This document shows, one piece after another, positions 45,330 through 55,755 of a stretch of DNA of 64,000 nt. The notes beneath the pieces were generated by a model, which did no database searches, was not told where the DNA came from, and saw only the letters and a program-made list of their open reading frames with translations. The position numbers and the translations under genes are program-made. The number at the start of each line of letters is the position of its first letter. Within the stretch, counting starts at the first letter, position 1. The stretch comes from Pseudomonadota bacterium (GTDB taxonomy: Bacteria; Desulfobacterota; Desulfovibrionia; Desulfovibrionales; Desulfovibrionaceae), in NCBI GenBank assembly GCA_018822105.1, contig JAHJLB010000033.1:23377-87376 (forward strand). The letters run 5' to 3'.

Positions 45330-46634
45330 CTACACGTCCGCGCCTTCGGGCACGGTTTCCGTGTTCAGCAGGCCCGCGCGCTCCAGCAGGTGGAAGACCA
45401 GCGACAGGAGCATGCCCACCACCGTGGCCAGCGCCATGCCCTTGAGCTGCACCGTGCCGAGCTTCACCGCCGCGCCGCTGATGCCCACGATGAAGGTGAT
45501 GGCCGTCAGGATCAGGTTGATGGGCTTGGAATAGTCCACCTTGGCCTCCACCAGCATGCGGATGCCCGAGGCCGCGATGACGCCGAACAGCAGGATGGAC
45601 ACGCCGCCGATGACCGGGGCCGGGATGGACTGGATGAAGGCGGAGAGCTTGCCGATGAAGGCCAGGGCGATGGAGATCACCGCCGCCCCGCCGATGACCC
45701 AGACCGAGTACACGCGGGTGATGGCCATGACCCCGATGTTCTCGCCATACGTGGTGGTCGGCACGGAGCCGAAGAAGCCGGAGAGCACCGTGGACACGCC
45801 GTCGCTCATGAGCGAGCGGTGCAGGCCGGGGTTCTTGATCAGGTCGCGGTCCACGATGTTGCCCGTGACCACCAAATGCCCGATGTGCTCGCTGATGACC
45901 ACCAGCGCCGCCGGGATGATGATGAGCACGGCGTTCAGGTCGAACCTGGGCACGTACACCGTGGGCAGGGCCAGCACGGGCGCGGCCAGCATGGCGTCGA
46001 AGGTGACGATGCCCAGGCCGAGGGAGGTGGCGTAGCCGGCCAGGATGCCGATCAGGACCGGGATGATGGCCAGGAAGCCCCGGAACAGGAGCGAGCCGAA
46101 GGCCACGGTCAAGAGCGTGACCATGGAGACGATGATGGCGTTCATGTCATAGCCGCCGGTCTTGGCGTCGGGCATGATGCCCGCCATGCCCGTGGCCACG
46201 CTGGCCAGCTCCAGGCCGATCAAGGCCACGATGGGCCCCATGGTGGCCGGGGGCAGCACGGTCTTGATCCAGTCGGACCCGAACTTCCAGATGATCAGGG
46301 CCACCAGGATGAACACGCAGCCCGAGGCGATGAACCCGCCCAGGGCGAAGGAGTAGTTGCCGCCCCAGAGGGCCTGGTTGGCGCCCAGCACCACGAACAC
46401 CGGCGAGAGGAAGGCGAAGCTGGAGCCCAGGAACGCGGGCGCCCTGCCCTTGCACAAAAAGAGGTAGATGAGCGTGCCGATGCCGTTCATCAGGAGCACG
46501 ATGGAGGGATCGATCTTGAACAGGGTGGGCACCAGGACGCTCGCCCCGAACATGGCGAAAAGATGCTGGAAGCTTAGGGGGATGCCTTGAAGGAAGGGGA
46601 CCTTCTCCTCGACCTGGATGATTCTCCTGCTCAT
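45330..46634 (-). CDS. uraA: Uracil/xanthine permease (NCS2 family)
   Basis: 434 aa. LSFQHLFAMFGASVLVP...GENIGVMAITRV. Adjacent to upp. Confidence 0.85.
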   Translation of the reverse strand: MSRRIIQVEEKVPFLQGIPLSFQHLFAMFGASVLVPTLFKIDPSIVLLMNGIGTLIYLFLCKGRAPAFLGSSFAFLSPVFVVLGANQALWGGNYSFALGGFIASGCVFILVALIIWKFGSDWIKTVLPPATMGPIVALIGLELASVATGMAGIMPDAKTGGYDMNAIIVSMVTLLTVAFGSLLFRGFLAIIPVLIGILAGYATSLGLGIVTFDAMLAAPVLALPTVYVPRFDLNAVLIIIPAALVVISEHIGHLVVTGNIVDRDLIKNPGLHRSLMSDGVSTVLSGFFGSVPTTTYGENIGVMAITRVYSVWVIGGAAVISIALAFIGKLSAFIQSIPAPVIGGVSILLFGVIAASGIRMLVEAKVDYSKPINLILTAITFIVGISGAAVKLGTVQLKGMALATVVGMLLSLVFHLLERAGLLNTETVPEGADV

Positions 46635-46677
46635 GTCTTGGCTCCGTGTGGGTTGTATGGGCCGTCAGGGAAAATCC

Positions 46678-47304
46678 CTATTTGGTGCCGAAGATCTTGT
46701 CGCCCGCGTCGCCCAGGCCGGGCAGGATGTAGCCCTGCTCGTTCAGGCGCTGGTCGATTGAGGCGCAGTAGATGTCCACGTCCGGGTGCTTTTCGGTGAT
46801 GCGCCTGAGGCCCTCGGGCGCGGCCACCAGGAACAGGCCGCGGATCTGCCTGCAGCCGGCCTTCTTCAAGAGGCCGATGGTGGCCTCCAGGGTGCCGCCC
46901 GTGGCCAGCATGGGGTCGAGGATGATGGCCATGCGCGCCTTGATGTTGCGCGCCAGCTTCACATAGTACTGCACGGGCTCCAGGGTCTCCTCGTTGCGGT
47001 AGAAGCCCACCACGCTGACCTTGGCCCCGGGCACCATGTCCAGCACCCCGTCCATCATGCCCAGTCCCGCGCGCAGGATGGGCACCACGGTGATCTTCTT
47101 GCCCTTGATGCGCTCGGTCTCCACCTCGCCGGCCCAGCCCTTGACCAGGCGCTTCTCCACCTCCAGGTCCTTGGTGGCCTCGTAGGTCAAAAGCCGCGCG
47201 ATCTCCTTGGTGGCGTCGCGGAACAGGCTGGTGCTGACGTCGTGCTTGCGCAACAGGCCAAGCTTGTGCCTGACCAGGGGATGCTCGACCACATAGACGG
47301 CCAT
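46678..47304 (-). CDS. upp: Uracil phosphoribosyltransferase
   Basis: [15 protein letters not shown]...ILRAGLGM...[11 protein letters not shown]...[17 protein letters not shown]. Confidence 0.92.
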   Translation of the reverse strand: MAVYVVEHPLVRHKLGLLRKHDVSTSLFRDATKEIARLLTYEATKDLEVEKRLVKGWAGEVETERIKGKKITVVPILRAGLGMMDGVLDMVPGAKVSVVGFYRNEETLEPVQYYVKLARNIKARMAIILDPMLATGGTLEATIGLLKKAGCRQIRGLFLVAAPEGLRRITEKHPDVDIYCASIDQRLNEQGYILPGLGDAGDKIFGTK

Positions 47305-47538
47305 GGGGGGTCTCCTTCGCGTTGGGGGCGGCGCTGAATTTTGCAGCCGTGCCGTTGTAGAAAGCTCCTGGCTTCAGGTCAAGGGGGGGCGGGAGGAAAC
47401 AGGGGTATTTCGGAAAAGCAGGCGGGCGGTCTGCGGGATCGCCTTTGATTTCTCCGTGTTGGTGCGCGCTGTTGCCTTGCGCGCGGGCCAAGTCTCAGAT
47501 ACGTCATGACCTATCTTGCGGAGCGCAAAGGAGCGGGC

Positions 47539-48813
47539 ATGTCACCAGCGGACTTTTGGGTTGTCGTAGCCGCCATTCTTACAGCCACCATTGGATTGGT
47601 CAACCGGCACAGGATCCAGCGCTTTTTCCAGCGGAACTTCTCTCCGCTGCGCCTTCCGGCCAGCGACGGCTTCACGGTCCTGGTGGCGGACCTGGAGCGC
47701 GACCCGGACTGCACGCGCACCAACCATCTGGTGGAGGCCCTGGGCAAGCTGGGCGGCTTCCACGTGCGCACCACGGCCACGGTCCTGACCTGCGCGCCCG
47801 TAGCCGGGGACCTGGCCGGGGCGCAGGCCCGCCTGCGCGACAGGGCCCAGGCCCTGCTGCGCGAAAACAGCGCGGACGTGCTGGTCTGGGGCCGCCACTA
47901 CGAAAATACCTTCCAGCTTGGTTTTGTCGCCCGCCAGGGCGACGCCCAGGCCGAAGCCGGGCTGACGGGCTACGACATCAAGCCCGACTTCACCCTGCCG
48001 AACGAACTCACCGCCGGGCTGCGCGCCCTGCTGGAGCTCACCATCCTGACCAGCATCCGCCCTGCCACCAAAGAAACTGGCACCTACCTTGTTGATAAAA
48101 TTCGGCCACTGGTGCTCAGGCTGGAGGCCTACCTCATCGGCACAGAGAACGTGAAGGGAGCAACGGACCTGACCGAGGAGCAACTGGCCACGGCCTGGCA
48201 CTCCCTTGGCCTGGCATATTCCACCCTCGGCCAGCAGGCCGGGGACAACGACGCGCTGGGGCAGGCCCTCGACGCCTATCACAAGGCCTTGGCCCACATT
48301 TCACGGGAAGCGCAGGCAAAGACATGGGCCAGGACCCAAGGCAATCTGGCGGTTGCACTGCGAACGCTTGGCGAGCGCGAGAACAGCACGACGCGACTGG
48401 AGGAGGCTGCAGGCGTCTATCGCGAGATTCTTGGAGTGTTCACACAGGAGGCCGCCCCCCTGGCCTGGGCCACGACCCAGAACAACCTGGGCAATGCCCT
48501 GGCTATTCTTGGCGAGCGCGAGAGCGGCACAGAGCGCCTGGAGCAGGCCGTGCAGGCCTATGCGGAGGCCCTCAAGGAATACACCCGCCAACGCGCGCCC
48601 CTCAGCTGGGCCACGACCCAGAACAACCTGGGGACTGCCCTGTGGAGCCTTGCGGAAAAGTCGCAGGACCCGGCCCAGGCCCGCGAAGCCCTGAAGCATT
48701 ACGAGGCCGCGCACGGGGTCTTTTCCCAGGCCGCGCCCTATTATCGCGAAGTCGTTGAAGGAAATATGCGCAAGGTGCAGGCGTTCATCGATAAGCTGGA
48801 AAAGGGGCGCTAG
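47539..48813 (+). CDS. Membrane-anchored TPR-repeat protein with unassigned N-terminal alpha/beta-like domain
   Basis: AAGGAG 5 nt before ATG 47539 (ATG 47506 also open). TM segment FWVVVAAILTATIGLV. Repeated W(A/S)xTQxNLGxAL TPR units. Confidence 0.75.
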   Translation: MSPADFWVVVAAILTATIGLVNRHRIQRFFQRNFSPLRLPASDGFTVLVADLERDPDCTRTNHLVEALGKLGGFHVRTTATVLTCAPVAGDLAGAQARLRDRAQALLRENSADVLVWGRHYENTFQLGFVARQGDAQAEAGLTGYDIKPDFTLPNELTAGLRALLELTILTSIRPATKETGTYLVDKIRPLVLRLEAYLIGTENVKGATDLTEEQLATAWHSLGLAYSTLGQQAGDNDALGQALDAYHKALAHISREAQAKTWARTQGNLAVALRTLGERENSTTRLEEAAGVYREILGVFTQEAAPLAWATTQNNLGNALAILGERESGTERLEQAVQAYAEALKEYTRQRAPLSWATTQNNLGTALWSLAEKSQDPAQAREALKHYEAAHGVFSQAAPYYREVVEGNMRKVQAFIDKLEKGR

Positions 48814-48855
48814 CGCCGCCCGCGCGCAGCCGCCCCCGGCCCTGCCCTGCGCGCT

Positions 48856-48923
48856 TCTCCGCCCGTGCCTCCGCCCGTGTTTCCGCCCGTGTTTCCGCCC
48901 GTGCCTCCGCCCGTGCCTCCGCC
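48856..48923. repeat. 12-nt direct tandem repeat, 5 full copies plus one partial (YYTCCGCCCGTG)
   Basis: Units at 48856, 48868, 48880, 48892 and 48904 (10/12 positions invariant) plus CCTCCGCC at 48916. Intergenic, about 105 nt upstream of the candidate sigma-54 promoter. Confidence 0.9.
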
Positions 48924-49026
48924 GCGCGCCCCTCCCAGAGCCCATCCGCGTCCTGCATGCCCGGACTTGTCCTGCGCGGCAGCTCCTGCATTCCAGGACC
49001 AGCGCGCCAGGGGCCCTGGCCCGTCC

Positions 49027-49042
49027 GGGCAATCCCCTTGCA
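49027..49042 (+). promoter_or_regulatory. Candidate sigma-54 promoter (weaker -24 element)
   Basis: GGGCAATCCCCTTGCA has correct GG-N10-GC spacing and a perfect TTGCA -12 element; the -24 element is GGGCAA rather than TGGCAC. Lies 110 nt upstream of ATG 49152. Confidence 0.35.
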
Positions 49043-49151
49043 TTCCAGCGCCTTGCCCGACCGCCTCCCTTGGCAGGCTTCTTGATAGGCCAGGGGCCTG
49101 GGCCTCTTGACCGACCACTGTCCCGACGACCCCGGCGCGGCCCCTGCGCCG

Positions 49152-49518
49152 ATGATGAGCGAGGTGCGCATGAACATGCCGGGAACGGACCCTGTGCCTG
49201 CGGAATGCCGGGGGCTGGACCTCGACAAGGCCGCCCTGCGCCTGCCCGCCAAGATGGGCGCGCTGTTCCTGGCCGCCGGGGAGCAGCGCCTGCGCGAACT
49301 GGACCAGGCCATGGCCGAGGGCAGCGCCAGCGCGGTCATGGACGCCGCCCATTCCCTGGCCAGCCTGACCGGGCTGGTGCCGGTGCAGGCCCTGGCGTCC
49401 TACGCCCGGGAGATCTACGCCGCCGGGGAGCAGGGCGAGCTTTCGGCCGCCAGCCACGCCCACCAGCGGCTGCGCATCGTCATGAGCTGGATCTTCGCCA
49501 ACCTGCGCAGCCGGGGCC

Positions 49519-49538
<20 letters not shown>
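49152..49538 (+). CDS. Hpt-domain phosphotransfer protein
   Basis: MMSEVRMNMPG...VMDAAHSLASLTGLVPVQAL (Hpt-like H-S-L-x-S). Start ambiguous (49152 or 49173; the track ORF starts at TTG 49107). Confidence 0.6.
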
Positions 49539-51111
<1,573 letters not shown>

Positions 51112-51370
51112 CCCGGCGCGGCGGCAGCCCCAGGCCGCAAGCATATTTTCCGAACGCCATGCAGAGCGCCCGCGGCCTGCCGCGGAGGGTCAGTGGTGAC
51201 CTCCGCGACATCGTCTGGCCCATCCTGACGACGCCCGGGCGCCTCTCCATACGAGGCCGCGCATCCTCCCCCCCGCGCGGCCTCCTCCCCTCCAGCCTCC
51301 GGCGGGCCCTGCGGTCCGCCGGAGGCTCAAGGGGAACCACGCTGCCCGCGGCCGGGCCCAGGAGCCGGAC

Positions 51371-53581
51371 ATGAGAAACCTCTTCTTCAGCTCGCTGCGC
51401 AACAGCCTGGTCACCCTCGTGCTCCTCGCCGTGCTGCCCGCCCTGGGCGTCATCCTCTATTCGAGCCTGGAGAACCGGGCCAGAGCCATCAGGGATGCCG
51501 AGACCGAGGCCCTGCGCGTGGTCCAGTTCCTGGCCAACGAGCAGCAGCTCATCACCATGCGCGCGGAGCAGCTGCTGTCGCTCCTGGCGCAGATGCCCCA
51601 GGTCAAGGCCAAAGACGGCCAGGCAACCAGCGGCATCCTGCGCAGCATGCGCACGCGCAGCGCCGTCTTCGCCAACATCGTGGCCGCGGACGCCGAAGGC
51701 CGGATCTTCGCCTCGGCCCTGCCGCTGGACCGCGCCATGCGCCTTTCGCGCGGGCAACTCTTTGACCAGACCATGGAGAGCGGCCAGTTCACCGTGGGGG
51801 ACTTCGACCTGGGGCTGCCCGGCACGCCCTCGGAGCCGCTCATCCATTATTCGTACCCCATCAGCGGCCCGGACGGCCAGGCCCAGGGGGTGCTGACCAC
51901 GGCGCTGCGGCCCGACCGGTACGAGCGCATCTTCAACGTCGCGGCCCTGCCGCCGGGCTCGGTTTTGTCCATCGCCGACCAGAAGGGCACGCGCATCTAC
52001 CGCTATCCGGCGGCCGAAGCCACCAGCCCGCCCGGCCACAAGCTCGTGGTGGACCTGTGGAACGTCATCAGCGGCCATGACGCCCTGGGCACGGCCACGG
52101 TGCCCCTGGCCGACGGCGTCGTGCGCATCGTGGCCTATGCCCAGCTGCGCCTGCGCCCGGAGGCGCAGCCCTATCTGTACATCTCCGTCGGGATCCCGCA
52201 GAAGCAGGCCCTGGCCGGGGCCATCGGCGCCCTCTACCGCGACCTGCTGTTCCTGGCCGGCGCCGCGCTGCTGGCCCTCCTCGTGGCCTGGGTGGTGGGC
52301 GGAATCGTCATCAGCCGCCCCCTGGAGCGCCTGGCCGAGGTGGCCACGCGCCTGGGCGGCGGCGACCTGGACGCCCGCAGCGGCGCCCCCGAGGAGTTCG
52401 GCGAGTTGGCCCTCCTGGCCAGGACCCTGGACAACATGGCCGAGGCCCTGTCCGAGGACATCACCGCCCGCGAGGCCGCCGAGGCGGAGCTGCGCAAGGG
52501 CGAGGCCCTGCTGCGCATGATCCTGGAGGCCCTGCCCCTGGGGGTCTGGATGTCCGACCACACGGGCCGCATCCTATACGTCAACGAGGCCAGCCGCAGG
52601 ATCTGGGGGCCGCAGGGCGACGCCATGCCGGACCTTGCGGACGGGCTGCAGGCCTGGAGGCACAAGTCCGGCGAGGCGCTGCCCCCGGAGGACTTCGTTT
52701 TGGCGCGGGCCATAGCCGACGAGGAGCCGCCGCCGGAGCAGGTGCTCGACATCGAGGAGCCCGGCGGGACCGGGCGCGTGGTGGTCCGCTGCGCCGCCAT
52801 CCCCATCCGCGACGGGGAACACGGCCTGCGCGCCGTCATCGTCGTGCTGGAGGACATCACCGAGCGCACCCAGCGCGAGCAGGCCAGGGATTCCGTGGAG
52901 CACATCCTGCGCCACGACCTGCGCAGCCCGCTGGTGGGCTTCATGAGCCTGCCGCAGCTGCTGCTGCCCCAGCCGAACCTCACCGACGAGCAGCGCGGCT
53001 GGCTGACCCGCCTGCACACCTCGGCCGGCGGCATGCTGCGCATCCTCGACGCCTACCTGAAACTTTCGCGCATCGAGCGCGGCAGCCTCATCCTTGAGCC
53101 GGTCCAGGCGGACCTCGTACAGCTGGTGCAGCTGGTGCGCGAGGACCTGGGGCACCTGCCCCAGGCCAGGAACAGGCACGTGCTGGTGACCCTGGGCAAG
53201 CTTCCGCTGCCCCCAGGCGCGCAATTGCCCCTGCAGTGCGAGGAGACCCTCTGCGCCACCATGCTCTCCAACCTCGTGAAGAACGCCCTGGAGGCCTCGC
53301 CCGAGGGCGGCGTGGTGGAGGTCGACCTCCAGGACCTGGGCGAGACCGTCAGCGTGTCCGTGCGCAACAAGGGCGAAGTGCCCCGGGCCATCCGCGGGCG
53401 CTTCTTTGAAAAGTACGTCACCGCCGGAAAGGAGAACGGCACCGGCCTGGGCGCCTATTCGGCCAGGCGCATCGCCGAATTCCACGGCGGCGGCATCGGT
53501 CTCGACTGCTCCGTGCCCGGCCAGACCACCGTGGCGGTGCGGCTGCCCAAGATTCCGCCCGCCAGGGACGGGCGCCGATGA
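51371..53581 (+). CDS. Sensor histidine kinase (TM, Cache-like periplasmic domain, TM, HAMP, PAS, HisKA, HATPase)
   Basis: 736 aa. RPLERLAEVATRLGGGDLDAR (HAMP), HILRHDLRSPL (H-box), NLVKNALEA, GTGLGAYS. Confidence 0.88.
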   Translation: MRNLFFSSLRNSLVTLVLLAVLPALGVILYSSLENRARAIRDAETEALRVVQFLANEQQLITMRAEQLLSLLAQMPQVKAKDGQATSGILRSMRTRSAVFANIVAADAEGRIFASALPLDRAMRLSRGQLFDQTMESGQFTVGDFDLGLPGTPSEPLIHYSYPISGPDGQAQGVLTTALRPDRYERIFNVAALPPGSVLSIADQKGTRIYRYPAAEATSPPGHKLVVDLWNVISGHDALGTATVPLADGVVRIVAYAQLRLRPEAQPYLYISVGIPQKQALAGAIGALYRDLLFLAGAALLALLVAWVVGGIVISRPLERLAEVATRLGGGDLDARSGAPEEFGELALLARTLDNMAEALSEDITAREAAEAELRKGEALLRMILEALPLGVWMSDHTGRILYVNEASRRIWGPQGDAMPDLADGLQAWRHKSGEALPPEDFVLARAIADEEPPPEQVLDIEEPGGTGRVVVRCAAIPIRDGEHGLRAVIVVLEDITERTQREQARDSVEHILRHDLRSPLVGFMSLPQLLLPQPNLTDEQRGWLTRLHTSAGGMLRILDAYLKLSRIERGSLILEPVQADLVQLVQLVREDLGHLPQARNRHVLVTLGKLPLPPGAQLPLQCEETLCATMLSNLVKNALEASPEGGVVEVDLQDLGETVSVSVRNKGEVPRAIRGRFFEKYVTAGKENGTGLGAYSARRIAEFHGGGIGLDCSVPGQTTVAVRLPKIPPARDGRR

Positions 53582-54570
53582 AGGCCTTCCCGGCCCTGGC
53601 CCGCCTGGCGGCCGCGCTGCTCTTGGCGCTGCTCCTGGCCGCCCCCGGCCTGGCCCTGGAGGCCGCCGGCGCGACGACCGGGGCCCCAGGCGCTTCCGAC
53701 AAGCACGCCAAGGCCCCGGCTCCCGGGCCCGGCAGCGCGGAGCCGCCCGCCGGAAGCGTATGGACCGAGCCCAGGACCGGCATGATCTTTTGCTGGGTGC
53801 CCTCGGGATGCTTCGTCATGGGCAGCCCCGAGAACGAGTTCGGCCGCAACCTGGACGAGGGGCCGCAGCACGAGGTCTGCCTGGCCGGCTTCTGGCTGGG
53901 CCAGACCGAGGTCACCCAGGGACAGTGGCGGGCCATCATGGGCAACAACCCCTCGCTCATCGCCAATGGCGCTGACTACCCCGTGGACCAGGTCTCCTGG
54001 GACATGGCCAAGGCCTATGCCGCGGCCCTGGGCAAGAAGACCGGCGGGGGCTTCCGCCTGCCCACCGAGGCCGAGTGGGAATACGCCGCCCGGGCGGGCA
54101 CCCGGACGCCCTACGCCTTTGGCGAGGCCATCTCCCACGACGAGGCCAGCTTCGAGAAGCGCTACAGCCTGCCCGCCCAGCCTGCCGTCTCCAAGCGCAA
54201 GTCCCGCAAGGGGCGCCGCAAGGCAAGAACGGCCGCGCCCAAGGTCAGGATCTGGCCCAACATGCACACCAACGTGGCGGGCAGCTTCCCGGCCAACGCC
54301 TTCGGCCTGCGCGACATGCACGGCAACGTCTGGGAATGGTGCGAGGACGTCTACGACGCGCGGTACTACGCCAGGTCCCCGCGCGAGAACCCGCTCAACG
54401 ACGGCGAGGGTGACGCGCGCGTGCTGCGCGGCGGCTCCTGGGTGACCAAGGCCGAAACCCTGCGCTCGGCCAACCGCAGCCGGGGCTGGCCCGACCTGCA
54501 CACCGCCTTTTACGGCCTGCGGCTGGTGCGCCCCGCCGCGCAGCCCGGCCCCGCCCTCCCCCGCCCCTGA
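53578..54570 (+). CDS. Secreted FGE-sulfatase (SUMF1/EgtB-like) domain protein
   Basis: ATGA overlap with the kinase stop. Signal peptide ...LLLAAPGLALEA. GFRLPTEAEWEYAARAG, HGNVWEWCED and RVLRGGSW, plus a basic insert SKRKSRKGRRKART. Confidence 0.85.
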   Translation: MKAFPALARLAAALLLALLLAAPGLALEAAGATTGAPGASDKHAKAPAPGPGSAEPPAGSVWTEPRTGMIFCWVPSGCFVMGSPENEFGRNLDEGPQHEVCLAGFWLGQTEVTQGQWRAIMGNNPSLIANGADYPVDQVSWDMAKAYAAALGKKTGGGFRLPTEAEWEYAARAGTRTPYAFGEAISHDEASFEKRYSLPAQPAVSKRKSRKGRRKARTAAPKVRIWPNMHTNVAGSFPANAFGLRDMHGNVWEWCEDVYDARYYARSPRENPLNDGEGDARVLRGGSWVTKAETLRSANRSRGWPDLHTAFYGLRLVRPAAQPGPALPRP

Positions 54571-54663
54571 CCCTGGGCCGCGCGGCCCGCAGGCAGGGGA
54601 TGGGCCTTTCCGGGCCACATGCTGCCCTCAACAACCGGGCCGACGCGCCCCTGGGAGCTCTCC

Positions 54664-55755
54664 ATGTTCACACTGCAGGACCCTTTCCATGACCTGCTGC
54701 TCGCCGCGGCCCTGGCCCTGGGCCTCGCCCTGGCCGCACTGCTGGTCCACGCCCTGGCCCTGCGCCTCTTGCGGCGCATGGCCGCAAGCCGGGACGAGGG
54801 GTTCTGGGGGCCGGCCCTGGAGCTGGCCAAGGGGCCCACCCGCCTGGCCGCCGTGCTGCTGGCCCTGGCCCTGGCCCAGACCGCCCTGCCCCTGCCGGAT
54901 TCCGCCCGGATCCTGGTCCAGAAGGCCCACTCCCTGTGCTGGATCGGCGCCTGCTCCTGGCTGCTGTTCGCCACCGGGGGCATCTTCGCCCTGTGGCTAC
55001 AGCGCTCCTACGACATCCGCTCCGGGGACAACCTGCACGCGCGCACCCGGCTGACCCAGATCCGCATGTTCCGGCGCGTCTTCTCGGTCGTGGTGGCCGT
55101 GGTGGCCCTGGCCGCGACGCTCATGGTCTTCGACGCCACGCGCAGCATGGGCGCCAGCGTCCTGGCCTCGGCCGGCATCGCCGGGGCCGTGGCCGGCCTG
55201 TCGGCCCAGAGGTTTTTGTCCACCATCTTCGCCGGGATGCAGATCGCCATCACCCAGCCCATCCGCCTGGACGACGTGGTGGTGGTGGAGGGCGAATGGG
55301 GCCGCGTGGAGGAGCTCACCCTGACCTACGTGGTGCTGCGCATCTGGGACCAGCGCCGCCTGGTGGTGCCGGTGACGCACTTCCTCGACAAGCCCATCCA
55401 GAACTGGACGCGCTCTTCCGCCGAGATCCTGGGCAGCGTGTTCCTGAGCGTGGACTACCGCGCCCCGGTGGCGGCCCTGCGCGCCGAGCTGGAGCGCATC
55501 TGCCGCGAGGAGGCCGGGGAGCTCTGGGACGGACGGGTCTGCGGGCTGCAGGTGACCGATGCCGGGCCAGCCGTTCTGACCCTGCGCGCCCTGGTCAGCT
55601 CAAGGGATTCCTCCAGCAATTGGGACCTGCGCTGTCTGGTGCGCGAGCAAATGGTGTGCTATGTCCAGAATGCTCATCCCGGGGCCCTGCCCCTGGCCAG
55701 GGTTTCCCTGCATGAGCCAAGGCAGCTGCACGCCAAGGAGCCGGAACATGGGTAA
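54664..55755 (+). CDS. MscS-family mechanosensitive channel
   Basis: GGGAG 6 nt before ATG 54664 (ATG 54619 also open). ...AGLSAQRFLSTIFAGMQIAITQPIRLDDVVVVEGEWGRVEELTLTYVVLRIWD. Confidence 0.8.
   Translation: MFTLQDPFHDLLLAAALALGLALAALLVHALALRLLRRMAASRDEGFWGPALELAKGPTRLAAVLLALALAQTALPLPDSARILVQKAHSLCWIGACSWLLFATGGIFALWLQRSYDIRSGDNLHARTRLTQIRMFRRVFSVVVAVVALAATLMVFDATRSMGASVLASAGIAGAVAGLSAQRFLSTIFAGMQIAITQPIRLDDVVVVEGEWGRVEELTLTYVVLRIWDQRRLVVPVTHFLDKPIQNWTRSSAEILGSVFLSVDYRAPVAALRAELERICREEAGELWDGRVCGLQVTDAGPAVLTLRALVSSRDSSSNWDLRCLVREQMVCYVQNAHPGALPLARVSLHEPRQLHAKEPEHG

Noticed and set aside
48856-48923. The tandem repeat considered as a CRISPR array or as a coding repeat (PPVF/GGTG/RRHG in the different frames).
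   Set aside because: The units are contiguous 12-mers with no spacers. None of the overlapping ORFs has a credible start or non-repetitive protein-like flanks.
51297-51324. A perfect 9-bp hairpin (CTCCGGCGG...CCGCCGGAG) between the regulator and kinase genes, considered as a terminator.
   Set aside because: No T-tract follows on either strand. It is kept only as a note within the operon finding.
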